A program made the position numbers and the translations under genes. From the NCBI GenBank assembly GCA_029257745.1, contig JARIAS010000075.1:4165-68164 (forward strand): DNA of 64,000 nt. Reading direction: 5' to 3'. The notes below the pieces were generated by a model. It had not been told where the DNA came from. It worked only from the letters and a program-made list of their open reading frames with translations, and did no database searches. Numbering within the stretch: position 1 is the first letter of the stretch; the number at the start of each line of letters is the position of its first letter. Shown piece after piece: positions 30,940 to 41,361 of this stretch. Origin of the DNA: Candidatus Cryptobacteroides sp. (GTDB lineage Bacteria > Bacteroidota > Bacteroidia > Bacteroidales > UBA932).

Positions 30940-31992
30940 CTAATGTTTACCGCACTTACAATTAATATCGTGTTCAGACAGATTACTATCCAATAAACTC
31001 TCTATATCCTGATTCCTATCTTTTACTAAAGTCTCAAGAATGCAAAGTTCTGGACTCAAAGATATAAGACTAAAATCTTCTGATTCTGCTGGTATTAGTA
31101 AAAGTTCCCCCTTATTTAAGATATAAGTATCCTTGTCTGAATAAGCTGTTTTCTTAATTTTTTCCATCTCCACTAAAGCTTTTCCCTCAACACAATAATA
31201 AACTATAAAACTATCTTGCCTTTTTACATCTAATTTTTGAGTTTCATTTAATCTTAGGATATTAACAACAAACTCATCGTAATCCAATACTGTATTAACA
31301 GCATTCTTTAGATTATCTTTATGATGCGTGTGACTATGACAAGATGAGATATAAGCATCTGATTTACTTAACCTTACATAATCCATAACTTCTACTCTAT
31401 CCTGCTCCACCCTATCTTCATCCTGACCATGATTATAAATACAAAAATCCATATCAGATGCCTCAGATACCTCTAAAATCAATAAAGAGCCACTAGCAGA
31501 ATGTATTTCACAAGGATCTATTACAATACTATCCCCGACGTGAAAATGTACACTTTGCATATACTCCAAGATCTTTCCTGTTTTAGAATATTTGTAATAA
31601 TCTGAGGCTGAAAGTGATGTATTTAATCCTTTATAAATTTGTGCTTCACCTGACTTATCAAGAACATACCATAACTTTCTCTTACCGAGAGCATCGTATC
31701 TCTGTTGTGCTATTATATCATTAGGATGAACATATAAAGGATAATTAGCCTCTATTTTTAATAATTTCAACATCAAAGGGAATTGCCTACCATAAAAATA
31801 ATATATAGACTCCCCAACAATCTTTTCTAAATAAATAGACAACACCTCTGACAAAGTGCTTCCTTCCAACACACCTTTTTCAACTTCTGTATCCTTATCA
31901 GGTAAATCTGATAACAAAATACACTCCTGTCCCCAATTACGCTCTACCCATTGATGCCTAAAACTTAATGGATATAATTGTTCACTACTCAT
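30940..31992 (-). CDS. manA: Type I phosphomannose isomerase (cupin)
   Basis: YPLSFRHQWVERNWG..., FPLMLKLLKIEANYPLYVHPND, IHSASGSLLILEV (metal-site-like). 350 aa. Confidence 0.65.
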   Translation of the reverse strand: MSSEQLYPLSFRHQWVERNWGQECILLSDLPDKDTEVEKGVLEGSTLSEVLSIYLEKIVGESIYYFYGRQFPLMLKLLKIEANYPLYVHPNDIIAQQRYDALGKRKLWYVLDKSGEAQIYKGLNTSLSASDYYKYSKTGKILEYMQSVHFHVGDSIVIDPCEIHSASGSLLILEVSEASDMDFCIYNHGQDEDRVEQDRVEVMDYVRLSKSDAYISSCHSHTHHKDNLKNAVNTVLDYDEFVVNILRLNETQKLDVKRQDSFIVYYCVEGKALVEMEKIKKTAYSDKDTYILNKGELLLIPAESEDFSLISLSPELCILETLVKDRNQDIESLLDSNLSEHDINCKCGKH

Positions 31993-32259
31993 AGATTTTA
32001 TATACTATCAATAAATTAATGAAGAGATTCCTTTAAAAGTAATCCTATAAAGTAAGTACTATTATAATACTATAAAATATTAGCTAAGATAAGCATTTTT
32101 TATGAATTTAATGCTACTGGCAAAAGTCTATATATCATAGAGATTAGCATCCTTATTAGTAAAAAAGAGTTATGCTATAAGAAGCATAGGATATAGAAGC
32201 ACAAATAGAATAAATAGTTTAGATACTTATATTGTACTATATCCTAAAATATCATATAC

Positions 32260-32289
32260 AAAAAAAGGGTCGAAATATCGACCCTTTTT
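32260..32289 (-). terminator. Rho-independent terminator immediately 3' of tRNA-Asn
   Basis: gggtcga-aata-tcgaccc, flanked by an A-run and a T-run. Confidence 0.75.
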
Positions 32290-32291
32290 AG

Positions 32292-32365
32292 CTCCCCAGA
32301 CAGGACTTGAACCTGTGACCCTCTGATTAACAGTCAGATGCTCTAACCAACTGAGCTACTGAGGA
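32292..32365 (-). tRNA. tRNA-Asn (anticodon GTT)
   Basis: Cloverleaf folded by hand: acceptor TCCTCAG/CTGGGGA, D-arm GCTC..GAGC, anticodon stem TCTGA/TCAGA with loop CTGTTAA, T-arm ACAGG-TTCAAGT-CCTGT. CCA is not encoded. Confidence 0.9.
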
Positions 32366-32498
32366 ATTTTACCATCACCTTCATCAGTGTGGATTGCAAA
32401 GGTAGAACATTTTTTTTATTCTGCAAATCTTTTTAAGATTTTTTTTCATTTTTTATTAAAATTTTCTCTTAAAAGCCATCAAGTACTATAATTCTACT

Positions 32499-32506
32499 TA
32501 TCTTTG
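32499..32506 (+). promoter_or_regulatory. -7 motif TAnnTTTG upstream of the HU-like gene
   Basis: TATCTTTG, 18 nt before the ATG at 32525. Confidence 0.5.
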
Positions 32507-32524
32507 CACTATAAAATATAAGTT

Positions 32525-33757
32525 ATGAATATAGATCTTTTGTCTAAAATGGTAAAGGAGTTAATCCTGAAACAAGATGAGTTGGTATTACCTCAAGTAG
32601 GAAGTTTTATTACAGAAATAATACCAGCAAGTTTTTCTGATAAGGGTTACAGCATAAATCCACCGTACAGAAAATTAATTTTTCGACAAAAAGATGAAAC
32701 TAAAGATAGTACTCTTATAGATTTTTATGCAAAGAACAATAATATAGACAGAGAACTTGCAAAAGAAATAATGACAAACTTTCTCATAGAGATGAAGGAG
32801 CATCTTTATGAAAAGAAAGTTATCATATTACCAGAGCTAGGAAGATTGAGAGCCACTAAAGAAAATAATATCTTTTTTATAGCTGATGAGGATCTAGATA
32901 TTTATCCTGAAGGCTTTGGGCTTGAAAGCATTTCTCTAAAAACGCACAAGGAAAGTATTAAGGACAAATTTGAAGATATATCTGAATTAGTACGACATGA
33001 TAACACTAGTAATCAAAAAAATGACTTACTTAAGGAAGATACTAATGAGAGTATTTCACTTGAGAAGGAATTAATTCATAATGAGTCTCTTAAAGAAGAC
33101 AATGAAGAGATAAAGGAGAAAAATCAGGTAGATGAAACTGATAAAAAATATAATGAGGAGACAAAAGCAAAATTTGAGGAGGAAGACACTTATGAGAATA
33201 CCTCACTTGAGAAGGATTTAATTCATAATGAATCTCTTAAAGAAGACAATGAAGAGATAAAGGAGAAAAATAAGGTAGATGAAAGTCTTAAAGAGGATAA
33301 TGAGGAGACAAACGCAAAATTTGAGGAGGAAGAAACTTATGAGAATACCTCACATGAAAAGGAATTAATTCATAATGAATCTCTTAAAGAAGACAATGAA
33401 GAGATAAAGGAGAAAAATAAGGTAGATGAAAGTGTTAAAAAAGATAATGAGGAGACAAACGCAAAATTTGAGGAGGAAGAAACTTATGAGAATACCTCAC
33501 TTGAGAAGGATTTAATTCATAATGAGTCTCTTAAAGAAGACAATGAAGAGATAAAGGAGAAAAATAAGGTAGATGAAAGTCTTAAAGAAAAAAGTAATAT
33601 TTTAAAAAACATTATTATAGTACTAATAATTGTAGTAACACTCTGCATAATATTTTTTATTAGCTACTTAATATTAGCAAAGATTTACCCAGAATTATTT
33701 TACAATGAGGAGCAACTAAAAGTTTTAGAAACAATAGATTATTTTAAGAAAAATTAA
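32525..33757 (+). CDS. HU-CCDC81-type (HU-fold) N-terminal domain protein with an acidic tandem-repeat linker and a C-terminal TM helix
   Basis: N-terminus LVLPQVGSFITEIIPASFSDKGYSINPPYRKLIFRQ and a second HU-like unit LPELGRLRATKENNIFFIADE. Then 3.7 repeats of 49 aa, then the TM helix IIIVLIIVVTLCIIFFISYLILA. No SPOR domain is visible. Confidence 0.6.
   Translation: MNIDLLSKMVKELILKQDELVLPQVGSFITEIIPASFSDKGYSINPPYRKLIFRQKDETKDSTLIDFYAKNNNIDRELAKEIMTNFLIEMKEHLYEKKVIILPELGRLRATKENNIFFIADEDLDIYPEGFGLESISLKTHKESIKDKFEDISELVRHDNTSNQKNDLLKEDTNESISLEKELIHNESLKEDNEEIKEKNQVDETDKKYNEETKAKFEEEDTYENTSLEKDLIHNESLKEDNEEIKEKNKVDESLKEDNEETNAKFEEEETYENTSHEKELIHNESLKEDNEEIKEKNKVDESVKKDNEETNAKFEEEETYENTSLEKDLIHNESLKEDNEEIKEKNKVDESLKEKSNILKNIIIVLIIVVTLCIIFFISYLILAKIYPELFYNEEQLKVLETIDYFKKN
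33047..33588 (+). repeat. In-frame 147-bp tandem repeat, about 3.7 copies
   Basis: Unit starts at 33047, 33194, 33341 and 33488, exactly 147 nt apart. Units 2-4 are nearly identical (gagaatacctcac(t/a)tga(g/a)aagga...). Confidence 0.95.
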
Positions 33758-33759
33758 AT

Positions 33760-33789
33760 AAAAGAGGAGGCATATATGCCTCCTCTTTT
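33760..33789. terminator. Bidirectional terminator between convergent genes
   Basis: aaaagaggaggcatatatgcctcctctttt is a perfect palindrome with A and T flanks. Confidence 0.8.
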
Positions 33790-33806
33790 ATTTAAGATAT
33801 TATCCT

Positions 33807-34337
33807 TTAAGATAATTTTTCAATAAGCTTTGCAACTTTAGATTTAAGTTCATTACTTAACTCTGCATTAACAATACCCTTACCGTCCTCAAAATTTTCG
33901 TGGAACTTAGGTAGAGAGAAAGTCTCTACAATATCTGCTCCAAAGAATGGGAATGATGCCTTAGCTGCATTTAATACGTTTGCACCACCAAAACCACCTG
34001 GAGATGTTGCCATTAACAACATAGGTTTTTTTGCAAACACTTCCATTCTTACACGTGAAGACCAGTCAAAAAGGTTCTTAAAAGCAGTTGCATATGAGCC
34101 ATTGTACTCTGCGAAAGAACATACTATGGCATCAGCATTATCTATTGCTTGAATAAATCTATTTGCTGCCTCAGGAAAGCCCTTCTCCTGTCTCTCAGGA
34201 GAGTAAATAGGCATCTCAAAATCATTAAGATTTAAAAATTCTACCTCACACTGAGGAAATAAAGTTAATGTATGTCTAACTAATTTTTCGTTGATTGATG
34301 TGGTAGAGTTACTACCAGCAAAAGCTAAAATTTTCAT
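33807..34337 (-). CDS. NAD(P)H-dependent FMN reductase family oxidoreductase (flavodoxin-like fold)
   Basis: MKILAFAGSNSTTSIN..., EYNGSY, TSPGGFGG. 176 aa. Confidence 0.7.
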   Translation of the reverse strand: MKILAFAGSNSTTSINEKLVRHTLTLFPQCEVEFLNLNDFEMPIYSPERQEKGFPEAANRFIQAIDNADAIVCSFAEYNGSYATAFKNLFDWSSRVRMEVFAKKPMLLMATSPGGFGGANVLNAAKASFPFFGADIVETFSLPKFHENFEDGKGIVNAELSNELKSKVAKLIEKLS

Positions 34338-34377
34338 TTTTATGTAATTTAAAATATTATTAAAAAATTTATGTTAA

Positions 34378-35118
34378 TTAAATTGGTCTTCTAAATAAAT
34401 ACTGAGGCAAATCCATGGGCACATCCATTAGCAAAAACTCTGAATCTTCTAAAGCTTTAATATTAATACTATTAAGCTCATACACCCCATATCCGTCTCT
34501 TGCTTCCAAAATCTGCTCTCCTACTTGTATCTTACCCGACACTAAAAAGACATATGCCCCATTACCTAATTTCTTCATAGAGTATTCCTCTTCGTGTCCA
34601 GCATCCCATTTTGCCCAATTAAACCAAGCATCTTGATGTATCCAAGCACCTTGATCCTCTGGATTTGGAGATAGAATCTGACTAAAAGTATTATCTTTTA
34701 AAATATCTTTTAAACATACTTGATCATAACGTGGAGTTAGATCTAATTCTCTTGGGAAAAGCCATATTTGCAAGAATTTCACAGGATCTTTCTGGTCAGC
34801 ATTATATTCACTATGAGCAACTCCTGTGCCAGCACTCATAACCTGTATCTCACCTTTGTGAATAAGGCCACCATTTCCCATACTATCTTTGTGTTCTAGT
34901 GTGCCGGACAAAGGTATAGAAACAATTTCCATATCTCTATGAGGATGTGTACCAAAACCCTCTCCCCCAATAACATAGTCATCATTTAACACTCTAAGTA
35001 CTCCAAAATTTATACGTTCTCTATCATAATAATTTGCAAAACTGAATGTATGGGCACTCTTTAACCAGAAATGATTTGACATTCCCCTTGTATCTGCCTT
35101 ATGTAATATAGTCTTCAT
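34378..35118 (-). CDS. Pirin-family cupin protein
   Basis: GFGTHPHRDMEIVSIPLSGTLEH and SAGTGVAHSEYN (pirin metal-binding His/Glu pattern). 246 aa. Confidence 0.8.
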   Translation of the reverse strand: MKTILHKADTRGMSNHFWLKSAHTFSFANYYDRERINFGVLRVLNDDYVIGGEGFGTHPHRDMEIVSIPLSGTLEHKDSMGNGGLIHKGEIQVMSAGTGVAHSEYNADQKDPVKFLQIWLFPRELDLTPRYDQVCLKDILKDNTFSQILSPNPEDQGAWIHQDAWFNWAKWDAGHEEEYSMKKLGNGAYVFLVSGKIQVGEQILEARDGYGVYELNSINIKALEDSEFLLMDVPMDLPQYLFRRPI

Positions 35119-35160
35119 AACTTATTGCAATTTATAATAATTAAATTTTATAAATCTCCC

Positions 35161-35196
35161 CAAAAATATAGTTATATCATAATGATATAACTATAT
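35161..35196 (-). terminator. groESL terminator: a 31-nt perfect palindrome plus a T-run on the minus strand
   Basis: 35166-35196 is atatagttatatcat-a-atgatataactatat, a 15-bp perfect stem. The minus strand continues tttttg. Confidence 0.6.
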
Positions 35197-35222
35197 AATA
35201 AGATATATATTTTTTTAGTATC

Positions 35223-37122
<1,900 letters not shown>

Positions 37123-37217
37123 AATTAAATAATTTTTATTATTGCATTATTTTCTTTCTTGTAAATTTGTCATTAAGAGACAACGTATATTACCAATCAA
37201 ATTAAATGCCAAAACCA

Positions 37218-37236
37218 CAATATGACATATTGTCAG
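37218..37236 (-). promoter_or_regulatory. Candidate operator upstream of groES (overlapping palindromes; shares ATATGAC-N3-TTGTC with the clpB upstream region)
   Basis: 37218-37232 is caatatgAcatattg (7-1-7 palindrome). 37224-37236 is tgaca-tat-tgtca (5-3-5 palindrome). It lies about 100 nt upstream of the groES ATG. Confidence 0.4.
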
Positions 37237-37292
37237 TAATCACTACATTTCATATTAGATACTTAGAATATAGTTATTTACTTATAAAAAAT

Positions 37293-37300
37293 TATCTTTG
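37293..37300 (+). promoter_or_regulatory. -7 motif TAnnTTTG upstream of the DUF4199 gene
   Basis: TATCTTTG, 24 nt before the ATG at 37325. Confidence 0.5.
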
Positions 37301-37324
37301 TAAGATAAATACATTTATAAAAAT

Positions 37325-37870
37325 ATGATAACAGACAAAAAAATCAGCAAATTAAATTTAGCCCTGGCATGTGGTCTATCAATGGGCTTAATAACTGGCA
37401 TACTACAAACTATAAACATGAGTATCAGCCTATATTTTCCTCAATTCCCTAATACACTATTATCTATATTAAAACTAATTATCTCTATTGTTTTCTTCTA
37501 TTTCCTTATAAACAAGTTAAGGCTAATAAAAAACAATAATACATTTAGCGACTTTTTTAAGTTTGCCATGCTTATAACACTAAGCTCTGCACTAGTATCT
37601 ACATTATTATTTGCAATTGATATAACATATATACACCACAATGCAATAGAACAAGCACTACAAGCAATAAAGAAAGCAATATTAAGCACAGAGCTAGATA
37701 ATAGGAGTAAAGAAGTCATGAACAGTTTGTACAATAACATTGAGTCTATGCTAAGCATCTCATATATGTTATACTGTATTATATTTGGAACTGTCTTCTC
37801 TGCCATTCTTTCATCAATTGCAGCATCAAAAACTAACAAAGAAAATCAAGATGCCAATGAACTACAATAA
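37325..37870 (+). CDS. DUF4199-like small membrane protein
   Basis: 181 aa with about 4 TM helices. Sits immediately upstream of, and overlapping, a GT2 gene, as is typical for DUF4199 in Bacteroidota. Confidence 0.5.
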   Translation: MITDKKISKLNLALACGLSMGLITGILQTINMSISLYFPQFPNTLLSILKLIISIVFFYFLINKLRLIKNNNTFSDFFKFAMLITLSSALVSTLLFAIDITYIHHNAIEQALQAIKKAILSTELDNRSKEVMNSLYNNIESMLSISYMLYCIIFGTVFSAILSSIAASKTNKENQDANELQ

Positions 37871-38822
37871 AGACATATCAATAATTATCCCCCTGTATAA
37901 CGAAGCAGAATCTCTTCCTGAATTATGCAAGTGGATAGAACAAAGCCTACAAGGAAAAGGACTTGATTATGAAATCATTATGATAGATGATGGAAGTAAT
38001 GACAAGTCATGGGATACAATAAAAGAGCTTAAAAACACTTTCTCACAAATAAAAGCTATAAGATTTAGACGCAATTATGGTAAATCTGCGGCCCTGTATA
38101 AAGGCTTTGAAATGGCAGAAGGTGCTATTGTTATTACAATGGATGCTGACCTACAAGACTCCCCTGAAGAGATACTGGAGTTAAGAAGAATGATACTAGA
38201 AAACGACTATGACCTAGTCTCAGGCTGGAAACTTAACAGACAGGACAATGCCTTAACTAAGAATCTACCTTCAAAACTCTATAATGCAACAGCAAGACTT
38301 GTAACAGGCATTAAATTACATGATATGAACTGTGGCCTAAAAGCATATAAAAATGAGGTAGTCAAAAGCATAGAAGTATATGGCGAAATGCACAGATACA
38401 TACCCTATCTTGCTAAAAATGCCGGATATAGCAATATAGGAGAAAAATTAGTAGCACATCAAAAAAGAAAATATGGTGTAAGCAAGTTTGGTATCAATAG
38501 ATTTATAAATGGGGCATTAGATCTTATAAGTCTTTGGTTCTTAAGCACTTTTGCAAAGAAACCAATGCATTTTTTTGGCTTTTCAGGAATATTAATGTTC
38601 CTTATTGGCTTCTGCGTTTCTGTATACCTTATTGCAGAAAAACTATACAAACAGTGTATAAATGAATACTTTAGACCTGTGACAGAGCAACCTCTATTTT
38701 ATATAGCACTTGTATCCATAATATTAGGCGTAATGCTATTCCTAAGTGGATTTTTAGCAGAACTTATCAGCAGAAGCTCTCAAGAGAGAAACAAATATAA
38801 TATCAAAGATGAAATTAAATAG
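37851..38822 (+). CDS. Family-2 glycosyltransferase (polyprenyl-phosphate sugar transferase, GtrB/ArnC-like)
   Basis: ISIIIPLYNEAESL, IIMIDDGSNDKS, ITMDADLQDSPEE (DxD), two C-terminal TM helices. ATG at 37851 preferred; the ORF-track N-terminal extension overlaps DUF4199 and looks non-coding. Confidence 0.85.
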   Translation: MPMNYNKDISIIIPLYNEAESLPELCKWIEQSLQGKGLDYEIIMIDDGSNDKSWDTIKELKNTFSQIKAIRFRRNYGKSAALYKGFEMAEGAIVITMDADLQDSPEEILELRRMILENDYDLVSGWKLNRQDNALTKNLPSKLYNATARLVTGIKLHDMNCGLKAYKNEVVKSIEVYGEMHRYIPYLAKNAGYSNIGEKLVAHQKRKYGVSKFGINRFINGALDLISLWFLSTFAKKPMHFFGFSGILMFLIGFCVSVYLIAEKLYKQCINEYFRPVTEQPLFYIALVSIILGVMLFLSGFLAELISRSSQERNKYNIKDEIK

Positions 38823-38855
38823 CAAAATTACATTAGAATTTTTCTAAATTATTAT

Positions 38856-38863
38856 TATCTTTG
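38856..38863 (+). promoter_or_regulatory. -7 motif TAnnTTTG upstream of sod
   Basis: TATCTTTG, 31 nt before the ATG at 38895. Confidence 0.5.
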
Positions 38864-38894
38864 TATGATTTTAAATTAAACAACAATTAAATTA

Positions 38895-39479
38895 ATGGTT
38901 ATGACACACACACTTATTAATCTTCCATACGCAGTAGATGCACTAGAACCAGTTATAAGCAAAGAAACAATAGAGTTGCACTGGGGAAAACACCATAGAA
39001 CATATGTAGACAACCTTAACAAACTTATAGCAGGTACTGAGTTTGAAGAGATGACTCTTGAAGAGATTGTAAAAAAGGCAAGTGGTGGAATGTTTAACAA
39101 CGCAGGTCAAACATTAAATCACAATCTATATTTCACTCAATTTAGCCCAGATGGAGGTGGCCAGCCAAAAGGCAAACTACTTGAGGCAATAGAAAAGCAG
39201 TGGGAAAGTTTTGACAAATTCAAAGCAGAGTTTATACAAAAAGCAGTAGGTCTATTTGGTTCAGGTTGGCTATGGTTAAGCCAAAAAGAAAATGGAGAAC
39301 TTGTATTAGGTCAATACCCAAATGCAGGAAACCCTTTAACTGATGGACTTAATCCACTTCTAACAATGGATGTATGGGAGCACGCATACTACCTTACTAA
39401 TCAAAACAGAAGAGCTGAACATGCTGAGAACTTCTGGAAAATAGTAAATTGGGAAGTCGTAGAATCTAGAATGAAATAA
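38895..39479 (+). CDS. sod: Fe/Mn superoxide dismutase
   Basis: LPYAVDALEPVISKETIELHWGKHH, NNAGQTLNHNLYF, DVWEHAYYL. Confidence 0.95.
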   Translation: MVMTHTLINLPYAVDALEPVISKETIELHWGKHHRTYVDNLNKLIAGTEFEEMTLEEIVKKASGGMFNNAGQTLNHNLYFTQFSPDGGGQPKGKLLEAIEKQWESFDKFKAEFIQKAVGLFGSGWLWLSQKENGELVLGQYPNAGNPLTDGLNPLLTMDVWEHAYYLTNQNRRAEHAENFWKIVNWEVVESRMK

Positions 39480-39494
39480 AACAGGTAGTAAGAT

Positions 39495-39529
39495 AAAAAG
39501 GGCTAAGTGATTATCACTTAGCCCTTTTT
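39495..39529. terminator. Bidirectional terminator (sod and the convergent TonB-receptor operon)
   Basis: aaaaagggctaagtga-tta-tcacttagcccttttt. Confidence 0.8.
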
Positions 39530-39542
39530 GTTTACTACGATA

Positions 39543-40901
39543 CTACATCCAAAAATTTGATGAATCTCTACCACCTCCTTCGCTATCACCCCAAACTTCA
39601 GCAAATTCATAATCCTCTCCACTCATATTAAAGTACTCTCCTATTATCTTGTAAGCCTTATCACCAGACCCCTTTCCATCACTGCTATATGGTCTTTCTA
39701 CTAAGACAATAAGTGGTATTTCAAATACCAACTTTTTAAGCCTGGAACCAGAAGGAACTTGGTAGAACTCTTGTTTAGTCGGCTTTTCTACATCTAAGTA
39801 ATCAACAATGCTTACTTTTATTTTATAGGCAATATATGATTTCTTTAAAGCAAAATAACCTTTTAAACCAATATAACCATAATTCTCATCCTTTTCTTTC
39901 AGTAATTCAGCTTCACTAACTCTATGACGATACATAGCATTGCTTGGATCCGTATCCCTATAAACATATTCAAAAATATCTTGAACATCTGCAACTTCAA
40001 ATTCTTTATGACTAGCATTTTCTGTATAAGACTCAACAGTATAATATATTTGATACCTCTTATAATTAGATATAAACTGAGAATTTAAAGTATCACCTTT
40101 TGCATCTTTTAATATTAGTTCCATGGACATTCTTCCTCCAGGATTTTCCTTAGTAAATTCATTCCTAAGATTAAGACCTTCTGCTGCAACAAACTCTTTT
40201 CCAACTGGAACATTGCCCCTGTGTGAAGACTCTATATGAGTAAAGCTAGCATCCTGCTCTCTTTGAAGATGCATCACCTGATTTTTCATATAGGGACTAC
40301 CTATAATCTGTGGATTGGCGTGAAAATCAGCAGCATGTAAATGTCCCTCATGACTACTTAATTCCACTTTTGCAATCCGACCTAAAAGACTTGAATTTAA
40401 AACTTCTTCTGAAACAGGTGTATTTTCTTCAACCTTGAAGCTCAATCCTTTCATTGTAGCCCAACCATTTTTATCTAAAACAGTAATCACAAAATGATAA
40501 TCTCCATCATCACAGTCTTCAGGTATTGTAAAAGTTTCTGATATTCTATATTCTTTTGGGAAATTAGGTATTACCTTTGCTTCAGTCAATTTTTTATAAG
40601 GCTTTACAGGCTCTTTTATTGGAGCTAATTCATGCTCATCTTCATGAAGATTGGTCTCTGTAGAATGAGTATGATGATCAAAATTATGATGTATATCAAA
40701 ACGGTATGATGCAAGTCCTGAATTATCTGACAAAACTGCTTCAAAAGTAAAAGGAATACCTTTTTTTACAACTTGATAATTCTGAAAAGGACTATTTGTA
40801 ATATCTATAAATGGTTTTTCCCTATCTATCTTGCTTGATTCACAAGCTGTAAACACTATGAATAAACATAGTGACAAAGTAATTAAATATCTATGTATCA
40901 T
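39543..40901 (-). CDS. Lipoprotein with an N-terminal DUF4625-like Ig domain, a His-rich loop and a C-terminal domain of unknown function
   Basis: Lipobox FIVFTACESS. FTFEAVLSDNSGLASYRFDIHHNFDHHTHSTETNLHEDEHE. GDYHFVITVLDKNGW parallels GVYDFVFKVLDKKGF in the neighbouring protein. Confidence 0.5.
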   Translation of the reverse strand: MIHRYLITLSLCLFIVFTACESSKIDREKPFIDITNSPFQNYQVVKKGIPFTFEAVLSDNSGLASYRFDIHHNFDHHTHSTETNLHEDEHELAPIKEPVKPYKKLTEAKVIPNFPKEYRISETFTIPEDCDDGDYHFVITVLDKNGWATMKGLSFKVEENTPVSEEVLNSSLLGRIAKVELSSHEGHLHAADFHANPQIIGSPYMKNQVMHLQREQDASFTHIESSHRGNVPVGKEFVAAEGLNLRNEFTKENPGGRMSMELILKDAKGDTLNSQFISNYKRYQIYYTVESYTENASHKEFEVADVQDIFEYVYRDTDPSNAMYRHRVSEAELLKEKDENYGYIGLKGYFALKKSYIAYKIKVSIVDYLDVEKPTKQEFYQVPSGSRLKKLVFEIPLIVLVERPYSSDGKGSGDKAYKIIGEYFNMSGEDYEFAEVWGDSEGGGRDSSNFWM

Positions 40902-40909
40902 CGTCTTAT

Positions 40910-41350
40910 TTATTGTTTTGTTGGTCTTGTTGGTCTTTCTTTAATATATAATTTCTTGTTTAAAACAGTGCTAAATCCCTTTTTGTCAAGCACTTTAAAA
41001 ACAAAATCATATACACCTATTTTCACATTCTCTGGTATATCCACATGTTCGTGATAACTTGCATTCAACTGACCATTATAGGCATCGAATGTGAAAACTT
41101 TGTTCCAAGCCCCCTCTTCATCAGAAGATATGCTTACAGTTATGCTGCAAATCTTATTATATGCAACTATTTCTCCTGCAATATGAATATCCCTACCAAG
41201 ATAAGCACTTCCATCATTTCTACGATCACCGTGTCCGCTACCCAATTCAAAATTATTAATTACAGGACTATTATTTTCCTGTTTTTTACAATTAGTCACT
41301 AGCAAAATTGCTAACATAATTGAGAATAAAATTACAAGATTCTTTTTCAT
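40910..41350 (-). CDS. DUF4625-like small lipoprotein
   Basis: Lipobox LLVTNCKK. 146 aa. Single Ig-like domain with GHGDRRNDG...ASYHEHVDIP. Confidence 0.5.
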   Translation of the reverse strand: MKKNLVILFSIMLAILLVTNCKKQENNSPVINNFELGSGHGDRRNDGSAYLGRDIHIAGEIVAYNKICSITVSISSDEEGAWNKVFTFDAYNGQLNASYHEHVDIPENVKIGVYDFVFKVLDKKGFSTVLNKKLYIKERPTRPTKQ

Positions 41351-41361
41351 ACTATTTATAT

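Noticed and set aside
31993-32524. tRNA-Asn flanked by ~300 nt and ~160 nt of non-coding DNA, as a possible integration hotspot or island boundary
   Set aside because: There is no integrase and no direct repeat of the tRNA 3' end that I could see. The flanking genes are ordinary housekeeping genes.
33047-33588. Regular repeats that could superficially suggest a CRISPR array
   Set aside because: The repeats are directly tandem with no unique spacers. The period is 147 nt (a multiple of 3), and they lie in frame within a long ORF. No cas genes are nearby.
37785-37850. N-terminal extension of the GT2 ORF (MELSSLPFFHQLQHQKLTKKIK) given by the ORF track
   Set aside because: The extension lies entirely within the DUF4199 coding region in another frame. 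The GT2 family motif ISIIIPLYNE follows directly after the ATG at 37851.
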